A stretch of 64,000 nucleotides of DNA from a virus (lineage: Duplodnaviria > Caudoviricetes), in IMG/VR virus record IMGVR_UViG_3300047539_000055; one strand, given 5' to 3'. Under the pieces are notes generated by a model. It saw only the letters and a program-made list of their open reading frames with translations. It made no database searches and was not told where the DNA came from. Positions 1 to 9,154 of the stretch are shown here, piece by piece. Position 1 is the stretch's first letter; every line of letters starts with the position of its first letter. The position numbers and the translations under genes were made by a program.

Positions 1-924
1 GAGGCAGGAATTCCCCTTGGAAAAGTAACCGTATTTGCTGGTCAACCAGCCAGTGGAAAGAGTTTGGTAGTAAGTGGCAATATTATTAAGCACGCGCAAG
101 ATATGGGAATCTATGTCATTCTTGTAGATACTGAAAACGCTTTGGATGAACCGTGGCTCCAGGCTTTCGGTGTTGATACAAGTGAAGACAAATTACTCAA
201 ACTAAGTTTATCCATGATCAATGATGTTGGCAAGTTATTGAGTGATTTTATCAAGAGTTATCGCGAAGATGACCCAGAAACTAGACCAAAAATATTGTTT
301 GTAATTGACAGTCTTGGAATGCTTCTATCACCGTCAGACGTAGCACAATTTGAAAAGGGCGATATGAAGGGTGATATGGGCATCAAACCCAAGCAGTTAA
401 AAGCATTAGTAAAGAATGTCCTCAATCAGTTTGCCGATCTTGATATCGGTTTAGTTGCAACTAATCATACCTATGCAAGCCAAGACCCTTACAGCCCTGA
501 TGATATCGTCAGTGGTGGTTCTGGATTCATTTTCGCGGCCTCAATCGTTGTTGCTATGAAACCATTGAAACTGAAAGAAGATGAAGACGGTGTAAAAGGT
601 ACAAAGGTTTTGGGTATTCGTTCTGGCTGTAAGATTATGAAGACTCGTTATAATCAACCGTTTACCACAACAGAAGTTGTTATACCTTATGATCAAGGTA
701 TGTTACCATATTCAGGATTGTTTGAATTATTTGAAGAACAAGGGTTACTAACCAAGGAAGGAAATAGTTATTGCTATACTGATAATGCTGGTAAGGTTCA
801 TAAAGCATTTCGTAAGAAATATCTCAAAAACGAAGACGGAATACTTGATTTGATTATGAGTGAATATAACACTGAACAAGTCAGACCAAACTTAACAAAT
901 CCTCAACTTTTAGAGGATGAATAA
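1..924 (+). CDS. uvsX: UvsX/RecA-like recombinase (5'-partial, starts before the window)
   Basis: Frame is open from base 1: GIPLGKVTVFAGQPASGKS (Walker A), VDTENALD, VIDSLG (Walker B), TNHTY, VSGGSG. Lies upstream of uvsY as in T4-like phages. Confidence 0.93.
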   Translation, partial: EAGIPLGKVTVFAGQPASGKSLVVSGNIIKHAQDMGIYVILVDTENALDEPWLQAFGVDTSEDKLLKLSLSMINDVGKLLSDFIKSYREDDPETRPKILFVIDSLGMLLSPSDVAQFEKGDMKGDMGIKPKQLKALVKNVLNQFADLDIGLVATNHTYASQDPYSPDDIVSGGSGFIFAASIVVAMKPLKLKEDEDGVKGTKVLGIRSGCKIMKTRYNQPFTTTEVVIPYDQGMLPYSGLFELFEEQGLLTKEGNSYCYTDNAGKVHKAFRKKYLKNEDGILDLIMSEYNTEQVRPNLTNPQLLEDE

Positions 925-1177
925 TATGACCCTGATGCAATTAGAATCACACATCTCAATTCCTGAAATTCATCACAAGATATTACAGAATTATACAGGA
1001 GCATATGCACTTGGGGTCACGCGCCTAAATGCTGAAAGCAACGAAGGAGCGTTTCATCTTCATGTGACTGGTGAAACTCTTGCCGAGTTTCCAGATCAAG
1101 TTGAGATTGATGGGGAGGATGTGCCTGTATTGGTTAACAGAAATTGGACTCCTCCAATTACTCAGGCTCACGATTAG
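917..1177 (+). CDS. hypothetical protein
   Basis: 86-aa ORF overlapping the uvsX end, with GAGG just upstream. Confidence 0.6.
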   Translation: MNNMTLMQLESHISIPEIHHKILQNYTGAYALGVTRLNAESNEGAFHLHVTGETLAEFPDQVEIDGEDVPVLVNRNWTPPITQAHD

Positions 1178-1820
1178 TATCCCCATAACTGAATACTGCA
1201 TAAGGATCAGTTATAACTATTGTTCCGTCTGATCGTTGCATTACATTACTTCTACCCATATCATTTAAAAAACCTTCCATGTACTTACCGACAAGTCGCA
1301 AAGCGTCCACTAATGATGGGTCATTTTTTAGATAATAAGGAACTGGAGCACCAAAGGGATATAATTCTTCTAGTGACCTAGTCGGATATTGAATTATTCT
1401 AAAGAAAGTAGATGTATCAATTCCATTATCGCGTCCGAGTGCGGATAATTTTTCAATCAAATATATGTAAAATTTTCTGCCATTGATATTCATAACTTTC
1501 ATATCGCCAATTTTTGGAAAATGAACATTGTCAAAGTCTTTAATTAAAGTAGCGTAATGTTCAAAACCCTTATCTGGTGATTTATTTATTTTTAATACAA
1601 ATGGTTTTTTATCGTTGGTAAATACTGCACTGAAATGCCCATCATTCAAATAATGCCAACCCAGTTTGCTTAATTTAGCTCGTAATTCCGTATCTTGAGT
1701 TGACATTTCTACAGGGTTTTTTGTTTTGTGAGCTATATTGCGTTGTGGGAAATAATTAAACGCAGCATCCTCAACATCTTTATCAATCATCGGAGTGTCA
1801 TCAAATTCGTATAGTCTCAT
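1158..1820 (-). CDS. T7 gp0.7-like protein kinase, paralog 1 (variant catalytic loop)
   Basis: YLNDGHFSAVF (Gly loop), FVLKI, DKGFEHY, YLIEKL, NDMGRSNVM, ITDPY. Start reassigned to MRLYEF at 1820. Confidence 0.8.
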   Translation of the reverse strand: MRLYEFDDTPMIDKDVEDAAFNYFPQRNIAHKTKNPVEMSTQDTELRAKLSKLGWHYLNDGHFSAVFTNDKKPFVLKINKSPDKGFEHYATLIKDFDNVHFPKIGDMKVMNINGRKFYIYLIEKLSALGRDNGIDTSTFFRIIQYPTRSLEELYPFGAPVPYYLKNDPSLVDALRLVGKYMEGFLNDMGRSNVMQRSDGTIVITDPYAVFSYGDTNREPE

Positions 1821-1824
1821 AATA

Positions 1825-2448
1825 TTACTCAGAATAAGGATCGGTAAGTACAATCGTTCCATCTTTGCGTTTCATAAAATTATCAGCGTGCAAATCCAAC
1901 CAGCCGTTCTCAACATTGTTTCCAATTATTCGTAAGGCTTGTACCAGCTTTGGATTTTCCGCTAAAATATCAGGTATTGGTGAATCATAGTGTTGTCTGA
2001 ATATTTCTTTCAATGATTTTTTTGGGAAATTTAGTATTGATTGAAATGAATCTCGATAATATTCTCGACGATCTTTATTTGAAATTGGATATAGTCTCTC
2101 AATGAGATAAATATAGTAATTAGTTTCACCAAATGTCAAAGTTTTAACAGCGCTAATTTTTGGAAAGTGAGGATTTGGATTACCCTGTAAAACACGGACA
2201 TATCGAGCATATCCTGTATCTTCTCTAAAGGTTAGTTTGACAACATAGTTTTTCTTTGGATTGAAGAATACGGAAGCAAATTTGCCATTGTCTAAAAACT
2301 TCCAACCAAGTTCAGCCATTTTGTGTTCAAACTTTTTATCATATGTATAATCATACGAACTATCTGAACCATATGTATTATCACGATCAGCAAGGTACTC
2401 TGATGCGTAATCACTTAGTTTCGGTTTGTTGAACTCAATAAGTTTCAT
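1825..2448 (-). CDS. T7 gp0.7-like protein kinase, paralog 2
   Basis: FLDNGKFASVF, YVVKL, EDTGYARY, LDLHADNFM, LTDPYS. Start MKLIEF at 2448. Confidence 0.85.
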   Translation of the reverse strand: MKLIEFNKPKLSDYASEYLADRDNTYGSDSSYDYTYDKKFEHKMAELGWKFLDNGKFASVFFNPKKNYVVKLTFREDTGYARYVRVLQGNPNPHFPKISAVKTLTFGETNYYIYLIERLYPISNKDRREYYRDSFQSILNFPKKSLKEIFRQHYDSPIPDILAENPKLVQALRIIGNNVENGWLDLHADNFMKRKDGTIVLTDPYSE

Positions 2449-2450
2449 TT

Positions 2451-3155
2451 TTACCAACCATCGTCATCCCAACCACCGTAATCCTGTTTTTCACTACTCT
2501 CTATAAAAGAATAAGGATCAGTAATTACAGCCGTTCCATCTTTTCGTTGCATTATATTACCAGCGTGCATATCAATTTTAAACTTTGATTTCTTAGCCCA
2601 AGATGCCACAAGCTTAATTGCTGTGACAAATTCATCATTGGAAAGTACTTTCTCAAGAATACTCTGCCAATTTGCTTGTGTATAATTAGATGGTGCCGAT
2701 ATATTCTGAATTGTAAGCGCACCAGCACCACCAATCATTGTTCTTAAAATTTTACTGTATATCTCACCCCAAGGAGCTTCCATTTCAACTAGTTTTTCAA
2801 TGAGATACATTCCGAACGTTTCACCGCCACTTTTCAAAGTTTTCAAATCACTTAAATGCGGAAAATACTTGTTTGGATGTGCCTTGATCAATTTGACATA
2901 CTCTGCATATCCAGGATCAGAAACCATTGCTAATTTTAATACATACGATTTTCTAGGATTACTAAATACATAACTAAAATTTCCGTGACCTAACCTCTGC
3001 CAACCTAACTTGCTGAGTTTGTTAATCAATTCCTCTTCATCTTCACCAAATTCTGAGTCATCAACATATGTCATACTGCCTTTTCGGAGGTAGTTTTTTG
3101 CCACTGTTTCTTCGGACTTACTAATTTTTGGCTCTCTTAATTCAAATATTTTCAT
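2451..3155 (-). CDS. T7 gp0.7-like protein kinase, paralog 3
   Basis: LGHGNFSYVF, YVLKL, DPGYAEY, IDMHAGNIM, ITDPYS. Start MKIFEL at 3155. Confidence 0.87.
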   Translation of the reverse strand: MKIFELREPKISKSEETVAKNYLRKGSMTYVDDSEFGEDEEELINKLSKLGWQRLGHGNFSYVFSNPRKSYVLKLAMVSDPGYAEYVKLIKAHPNKYFPHLSDLKTLKSGGETFGMYLIEKLVEMEAPWGEIYSKILRTMIGGAGALTIQNISAPSNYTQANWQSILEKVLSNDEFVTAIKLVASWAKKSKFKIDMHAGNIMQRKDGTAVITDPYSFIESSEKQDYGGWDDDGW

Positions 3156-3156
3156 A

Positions 3157-3807
3157 TTACTTACCCGTATGTGATAGATTGAATGTATGGAACATTGAAT
3201 ATGGATCGGTGATAACCAAATCTCCATTAGCACGTTGCATAATATTTTCATCGTGTATGTCAATGTTGAAACCGAATTTACGAGAATAAATACGAAGCCA
3301 TTTTAGAGCTTCCATCAACTCATTATTATTCCGAATAAACTCTGGAACACCGTCTGGAAATAATTCAGAAATTGGTTGAGAATAATTAGCAATAATGGTT
3401 TCTAATGCTTCAGACCAATCCCTGCTAGTCCTATAAGAAATGTGTTGCAATTTCTCAATGAGATAAACGTAAAAATTTTGCTCACCAGCTTTTAAAAGTT
3501 TCTTATCACTGATTTGTGGGTAATACTTATTTGGATGCTCATGAATCAAATTTACATATTGTTCGTACCCAGGATCGGGTTGTTTGTTTAACTTTAGAAC
3601 ATAAGATGATTTTTTACTGTTTGCAAAAACTATGCTGAATGCACCAAAACCAATTTCATACCAGCCAAGTGATCTTAGATTATCTTCTAGTATGACACGA
3701 TCATCAAAAAACCGAGATGTATTGTTAACCCAGTCAGATGTGGCTTCCTCTTCTTCTGGAGTTATGTGAGGCACGTCGAGTTCATAGTCAAATTCAAATA
3801 TTTTCAT
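3157..3807 (-). CDS. T7 gp0.7-like protein kinase, paralog 4
   Basis: IGFGAFSIVF, YVLKL, DPGYEQY, IDIHDENIM, ITDPYS. Start MKIFEF. Confidence 0.87.
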   Translation of the reverse strand: MKIFEFDYELDVPHITPEEEEATSDWVNNTSRFFDDRVILEDNLRSLGWYEIGFGAFSIVFANSKKSSYVLKLNKQPDPGYEQYVNLIHEHPNKYYPQISDKKLLKAGEQNFYVYLIEKLQHISYRTSRDWSEALETIIANYSQPISELFPDGVPEFIRNNNELMEALKWLRIYSRKFGFNIDIHDENIMQRANGDLVITDPYSMFHTFNLSHTGK

Positions 3808-4539
3808 TTAGCTTCCTGGAAAATTTGGAGGTCTGCTATTAGTATTTTTTGTAGACTTATCCTTAAAATTGAATGATTGTTGCCCGGAGCGAGAACCATA
3901 CCCATTATAAGCCATCTTTGGAAAAGAATAAGGATCAGTGATTACTAATGCTCCACTCTCTCGTTTCATAATATTACCACTATGGATGTCAATGATATAA
4001 CCATATTTACGAGAATAAACGCGAATCCATTTCAAGGCCGTTATCAACTCTTGATTATCAACAATAATATCTGGAACACCATCTGGAAATATCTCATTTA
4101 TTGGAGTATGGTATTGCCTGATTACTCTTTTTAGATCGCTACTTAGTCCATAGGGGTCTTCGTCTTCTCTATACGGTTTCAATTTTTCAATCAAATATAC
4201 ATAGTATTTGCTATCTTGAATATTTAAAAGTTTCATATCACTTATTTGAGGGAAATACTTATTTGGGTGTTTCAGAATCAAATCAACATATTTTTGATAA
4301 CCAGGGTCGGGTTGAATATTAACCTTCAGAACGTATTTTTTGGATGGATTTACTAAAACCATACTAAAAACGCCACTTCCTAATACTTTCCAACCCAGTT
4401 TTTCGAACTGTTCTTGCATCATATCCTTGTCGGCATAAAGCGCAGGGTAACCAAATTTTCCAATAGCAGTCGAAGCGGCCTTTTCCTCTTCAGGAGTGAT
4501 TGCTTGATCGCGAGGTTTGAACAACTCAAGAATCTTCAT
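3808..4539 (-). CDS. T7 gp0.7-like protein kinase, paralog 5 (first gene of the array)
   Basis: LGSGVFSMVL, YVLKV, DPGYQKY, IDIHSGNIM, ITDPYS. Start MKILEL. Confidence 0.87.
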   Translation of the reverse strand: MKILELFKPRDQAITPEEEKAASTAIGKFGYPALYADKDMMQEQFEKLGWKVLGSGVFSMVLVNPSKKYVLKVNIQPDPGYQKYVDLILKHPNKYFPQISDMKLLNIQDSKYYVYLIEKLKPYREDEDPYGLSSDLKRVIRQYHTPINEIFPDGVPDIIVDNQELITALKWIRVYSRKYGYIIDIHSGNIMKRESGALVITDPYSFPKMAYNGYGSRSGQQSFNFKDKSTKNTNSRPPNFPGS

Positions 4540-4546
4540 TATACAG

Positions 4547-4553
4547 TATTTAT
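4547..4553 (-). promoter_or_regulatory. T4-type late promoter (ATAAATA) for the kinase array
   Basis: ATAAATA 7 nt upstream of the 4539 ATG; the same motif precedes structural genes. Confidence 0.6.
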
Positions 4554-4557
4554 TCTA

Positions 4558-4586
4558 TTGACTTGTTTTGGCTGTTGATCTATAAT
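4558..4586 (+). promoter_or_regulatory. sigma70-type promoter for the uvsY operon
   Basis: TTGACT-N17-TATAAT. Confidence 0.75.
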
Positions 4587-4629
4587 GATTGTATACACCT
4601 AAATAGACGGTAATTATAAGGAAACTAAA

Positions 4630-4863
4630 ATGCAAAAAGATACACCAGAAGTTATTACTGAATGTTGGCAACTTCTCGTGGAGTATATTCCACATCGTGA
4701 TCGCGCCACCGCCGCCGAACATCTTTTCAGCTATCTTGGAAGTGTTTTAAGCAAAGAGGAACAGGAAGCAATTTCCGATCTTGACGGTGCCGATTTGTCC
4801 GACGCATATTTTGCGAATTTGGACGAAGAAAACTCAGACAAATATAGGGAAGAAGACGAATAA
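4630..4863 (+). CDS. hypothetical protein upstream of uvsY
   Basis: AAGGA SD; TAATG coupling to uvsY; acidic tail. Confidence 0.75.
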   Translation: MQKDTPEVITECWQLLVEYIPHRDRATAAEHLFSYLGSVLSKEEQEAISDLDGADLSDAYFANLDEENSDKYREEDE

Positions 4864-5315
4864 TGTGGTATAATCGCATAGTGGCATCCCTTGACGAAAT
4901 ACCTAATTTCATAGATCATTATGAACAAGAACTGGCTCTCGCTAAAAAAGAGATTTATATCAAGGGTAATGTGGAGAAGAATCTCGCAGACCTACCAGGA
5001 ATCACCGAAAACAGATTTAACCAGTTAGAAGAAGTAGAAGCAGTCCTAAACTTTCTAAATCTACGATTACGAAAGATTCGACGCAAGCATTTTCAAATAT
5101 ATTTGGAAGGATATAACAGAGTATTGACTAGCCGAGATGCCGAGAAATATGTGGATGGTGAGGAAGAGGTTGTAGAGTTTGAAATGCTTATCAATGAAGT
5201 GGCTTTATTGCGTAATAAATATCTTGGAATTATGAAAGGTTTGGAATCAAAGAACTTTATGATTGGACACGTAGTAAGGCTTAGAACAGCCGGAATGGAA
5301 GATGTAAGCTTATGA
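4863..5315 (+). CDS. uvsY: UvsY recombination mediator
   Basis: 150-aa helical protein with YLEGYNRVLTSRDAEKYVDGE and LRTAGMED, typical of UvsY of large T4-like phages. Confidence 0.85.
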   Translation: MWYNRIVASLDEIPNFIDHYEQELALAKKEIYIKGNVEKNLADLPGITENRFNQLEEVEAVLNFLNLRLRKIRRKHFQIYLEGYNRVLTSRDAEKYVDGEEEVVEFEMLINEVALLRNKYLGIMKGLESKNFMIGHVVRLRTAGMEDVSL

Positions 5316-6367
5316 TAAAACAATGTCTCTGGTCTGGTGGTTTAGATTCAACATATAATACACAAAATAGCTCTCAGAGGAAAATAATGACAATCAAAAT
5401 GAAAAGCGACGACGATTTGTTGAATGACGCATTAGATAAAGAATCAAGCGGTGCTGACAGTGCGAATCGTGGTCAAACCGCAAAATCTCGCGATCCGTGG
5501 GATGATGAAGAAGAGTCTGGAAGTGAAGGAAGTTTTGAATTCAAACAATGGCAAGTTGGTGCCAATGATATATTTAGACCAGCGGGAACCACTCGTCAGT
5601 CTATTCCTTCAGGAGTTTTTGAATTTGATCGTGACGATAGCGGTTTATATGCCAAGAAAATCAATGTAATTACAGATTCATTGGTTGAACTTCCTGACAA
5701 TGCCAGTGAAAGAGTTGTTAAAGGAATGAAGAAATTTTGGAGTATGGAAGCTCGTTATAGAGAGCATGGACTGTTATACAAAAGAGGAATACTTTTATGG
5801 GGGCCGCCAGGATCGGGCAAAACTGTCACAATTAGTTTGCTTAATAAATACCTCATTGAAAATGGTGGAATTGTTGTAATGTGTAGCCATCCTAAACTTA
5901 CATCAATGGGTTTAGAAGCAATCAGGCGTATTGAACCAACTCGTCGCATCATCTGTATTATGGAAGATATTGACGAAATCATTGAGAAGTATGGCGAACA
6001 CGATTTGCTATCGCTTTTAGACGGTGAAAATCAAGTGGAAAATATTGTCATGTTGGCAACTACCAACTATCCAGACCGTCTTGGTGCGCGTATTGTCAAT
6101 CGTCCTTCTCGTTTTGATGAAAGAATTTTGGTTGATATGCCAGGTTCATCAGCACGTAGAGTGTATCTTAAGAATATCATTGGTGAATGTCCAGAGTTAA
6201 CCAAATGGGTTGATGAAACCGATGGTTTGAGTGTGGCTCATCTTCGTGAATTAACCGCTGCTGTTCGCTGTTTGGATCAGGATTATGATGAGGTTTTGAA
6301 TCGTCTCAAGAAGATGAAGCAGAAGGTCAAGAGTATTGAAGGGAACGAAACAAAGGTGGGATTCTGA
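5312..6367 (+). CDS. AAA+ ATPase (true start probably ~5388-5400)
   Basis: GILLWGPPGSGKT (Walker A), IMEDID (Walker B), ATTNYP, NRPSRFD, C-terminal VGF. Confidence 0.88.
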   Translation: MIKQCLWSGGLDSTYNTQNSSQRKIMTIKMKSDDDLLNDALDKESSGADSANRGQTAKSRDPWDDEEESGSEGSFEFKQWQVGANDIFRPAGTTRQSIPSGVFEFDRDDSGLYAKKINVITDSLVELPDNASERVVKGMKKFWSMEARYREHGLLYKRGILLWGPPGSGKTVTISLLNKYLIENGGIVVMCSHPKLTSMGLEAIRRIEPTRRIICIMEDIDEIIEKYGEHDLLSLLDGENQVENIVMLATTNYPDRLGARIVNRPSRFDERILVDMPGSSARRVYLKNIIGECPELTKWVDETDGLSVAHLRELTAAVRCLDQDYDEVLNRLKKMKQKVKSIEGNETKVGF

Positions 6368-6850
6368 TGAATGAATTTAATAAAGCCTTTTGGAAACGAT
6401 TTGCCAAAGCAAGGATAGGATGGACTGAGAAATTACAGCCATTAGTTGATGCTTCTCTTGTTTGCGAAAAATTAATAATGAAAGACGTTGAATTTAAACC
6501 AATTATTACAAAGGAATTATTAATTCCTTTGTCAAAGGAATTATGATAACTAAAGTAGTAGATTTTGCCAATAGATTTAATGATAAATTCTGGTCAATCG
6601 CGGGGCCAATAATTCTAATGGTTATGACAATATGGTTCTGTTGTTTAATGTTTTATATAACATATAGCATTTTTGAATGGACAGCGCATATTATGAAAGG
6701 ATAATTATGAAAACAATTGATACAGAAGAAAGCGTTAACATTGATTTTGACAAGGAAGAACAAGAACTTGTTGAACTCTCAATGAATGATATTACAATGG
6801 AAGACCAAACGTATTTTGATTCAGAAGATAATGGTAATCAACCATCATAG

Positions 6851-7249
6851 ATGAATAACCTTAACACTGACGATCAATGGAATATGCTGAGTATGGCACT
6901 TTCCTCACGAATAGTAATTGATACTTTGATTGGCTTTTATGACGGTAAAGTAATGTGGACTGCCGCCGAAGAAGGCATTAGAACTATTGAAGAAGTTCGT
7001 GAAATCCTGCGTCATTTGTATGATAGGGACAAGGTTGATCCAACAGTTTTTTGGTCAAGACAATTCACCAGATTTAACAATTATAATCAACAAAAGTTCC
7101 TATTGGAAGTAGCTGAAGAGAAGCGATGGATGACTTGGGAAGATGATTTAGAACAATGGATGACGAATAAAGAGATTCTAATTGATTATTTTTCAGCAGT
7201 GGAAGCTAAAGCCTTGGCTTATTGCCGACATGGTAGAAGTTGTATTTAG
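6851..7249 (+). CDS. hypothetical protein
   Basis: 132-aa ORF at the end of a run of small co-oriented ORFs (6367-6850). Confidence 0.6.
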   Translation: MNNLNTDDQWNMLSMALSSRIVIDTLIGFYDGKVMWTAAEEGIRTIEEVREILRHLYDRDKVDPTVFWSRQFTRFNNYNQQKFLLEVAEEKRWMTWEDDLEQWMTNKEILIDYFSAVEAKALAYCRHGRSCI

Positions 7250-7285
7250 AGAGGGTATTTGTTTGCTGGTGGGATAAATACTACT

Positions 7286-7540
7286 ATGAAATCGCAAACA
7301 AAGTCACTATTGGAAAGTCTTGTGGATTTGCACCCTTCTCAAGATACTTCCCTTATTATTGAGTCTCGCGGATCACATATCATAGCCTCTGCAATCGCAC
7401 TATTAGAAACAATTGAAGAAGAATACGGCCAACAATTAGCAGAAAACCTCGAAAAAAGACTACTCAGTAGTATCCGCAATAAAAACAATGGAAAATTTAC
7501 AAGGGCCACAAAAGCTCTTGGAAAACTAACAAAGAATTAG
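7286..7540 (+). CDS. phage hypothetical protein
   Basis: MKSQTKSLLESL...IESRGSHII; preceded by ATAAATA-N5-ATG. Confidence 0.7.
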   Translation: MKSQTKSLLESLVDLHPSQDTSLIIESRGSHIIASAIALLETIEEEYGQQLAENLEKRLLSSIRNKNNGKFTRATKALGKLTKN

Positions 7541-7548
7541 GAGATATT

Positions 7549-7812
7549 ATGTATAAGAATCATAGATATGGTCTTGGTTTTCAGCCTGGTCAGACATTCA
7601 AATTGAACCCGACTGCAAAGAAGATTTGGCTTGCTTATAGTCTTGGCCCAGCACTCTATGCTTTGCCTCTTAATTCAAAGATTGGAAAGCGATTGTTTCA
7701 GGATATGATTAACAATGTCATTGAAGATAAGGAATTTCATGCCAAGGCTTTTGCAGAATCAACAGCTTTCTGGCCAGATGCTTTGAAAGATGCAATTTTA
7801 GTTGAAAATTAA
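7549..7812 (+). CDS. hypothetical protein
   Basis: GGAG SD; 87 aa. Confidence 0.6.
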   Translation: MYKNHRYGLGFQPGQTFKLNPTAKKIWLAYSLGPALYALPLNSKIGKRLFQDMINNVIEDKEFHAKAFAESTAFWPDALKDAILVEN

Positions 7813-8018
7813 CCCCAAGAATGTTCAACGGGATTACATCTTCTACTTATTTCTTCAAATCCCAAATTGTTCAGAACAGTTTTTAAACATTCAGCAGATG
7901 CTTTGTCTGAAAGCTTTATGGCATTTGGACTGAGATAACTAACCATCTTCAAATACCCACCATTTTCGCAAACACCAACACACATCCTTCCATCGTCCAA
8001 AAGCCAAGCAATTTGCAT
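7809..8018 (-). CDS. hypothetical protein
   Basis: GGAGG SD; lies downstream of kinase paralog 6. Confidence 0.6.
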   Translation of the reverse strand: MQIAWLLDDGRMCVGVCENGGYLKMVSYLSPNAIKLSDKASAECLKTVLNNLGFEEISRRCNPVEHSWG

Positions 8019-8027
8019 TGTGCCTCC

Positions 8028-8717
8028 TTAAGAATAAGGATCGGTTATGACTAGTGTTCCGTTGGCTCTTTGCATCATGTTGTTTTGATGCAAATCCATA
8101 TACTTACTTCCTTGATCATTAGCGATAATGTTCAATGCCAAGACTAAATCTGGATTCTGTTTAAAAATTAGTGGGATTTTTCCATTAAAATATAAAACCA
8201 AAGACTCAATATCCGGTGTGTTAGCGGCACGAAATTGACTTGCCATCGCTGTATCAAATATTTTTTCATATCGTTGTGCGCGTGCCAGTGGGATTTCTTC
8301 TAACTTTTCAATTAGATAAACGCAGTAATTATTCTTGCCTATTTTCATTACCTTCATATCACTGATTTTAGGAAAGAATTTATTTGGATTCTTTTTAATA
8401 ATCGTTGCATATCGTTCATAGCCTTTATCTTCTCGCTTGTTAACCTTCAGAACAAATGATTTTTTGGGGTTGCCATAGATAGAACTAAACACACCCCAAC
8501 CAATTTTTTCCCATCCCATTTTTTCAAGATTGCTTGTCAATGTGTCATCAACATCAGCAATTGCATTCATACGAGCTTCAATATCATTTGTGCTTAAACT
8601 ATTGGGTAATTTAGATGACAATGATTTATTATATGGATGACGCTGTCTGAAGTAATCAAACGCAGTATTGGTTACACGCTTTCCAATCTTTGGTCGGGTT
8701 AATTCATTGATATTCAT
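8028..8717 (-). CDS. T7 gp0.7-like protein kinase, paralog 6
   Basis: IGWGVFSSIY, FVLKV, EDKGYERY, YLIEKL, MDLHQNNMM, ITDPYS. Start MNINEL. Confidence 0.87.
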   Translation of the reverse strand: MNINELTRPKIGKRVTNTAFDYFRQRHPYNKSLSSKLPNSLSTNDIEARMNAIADVDDTLTSNLEKMGWEKIGWGVFSSIYGNPKKSFVLKVNKREDKGYERYATIIKKNPNKFFPKISDMKVMKIGKNNYCVYLIEKLEEIPLARAQRYEKIFDTAMASQFRAANTPDIESLVLYFNGKIPLIFKQNPDLVLALNIIANDQGSKYMDLHQNNMMQRANGTLVITDPYS

Positions 8718-8725
8718 ATCATTTC

Positions 8726-9154
8726 CTAAGAATAAGGATCAATAATAACTATTGTTCCATCTTCTCTCTGCATTATATTAAATCTTCATAAGCACCCATA
8801 ATACTGCCATTAATTTGCCCGCTATTCCCCATGGAATCTTATATAATTTTTCAATCAGATAAACATAATAATTATTCCCATTAAAGCGTAATTTTTTCAT
8901 ATCGCTAATGATTGGAAAATGTTTGTTTGGGTGTCTATGTATGAGTCTGACATATGCCTCATAACCTATATCTGGATCATTTAGTTTTTTCAAAATATAT
9001 GGTTTACTTTTATTTCCATAAACAGAAGCAAACGATCCAAAATCCAATTCAATCCATCCAAGTTTTTCCATATGTTCTTCAAACGCGACTCTACTCAACT
9101 CTCCTTTGAATGAAGAAAATGCCAATTTTTGATTGGTTCTGTAATTTTTGGCAT
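8726..9154 (-). pseudogene. decayed kinase paralog 7 (frameshift plus internal deletion)
   Basis: ATG coupled to the gp15 stop gives MPKITEPIK; after a 1-nt shift it reads LDFGSFASVY...YILK...YLIEKL. It then jumps out of frame to NIMQREDGTIVIIDPYS*, and the DxH catalytic segment is absent. Confidence 0.75.
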
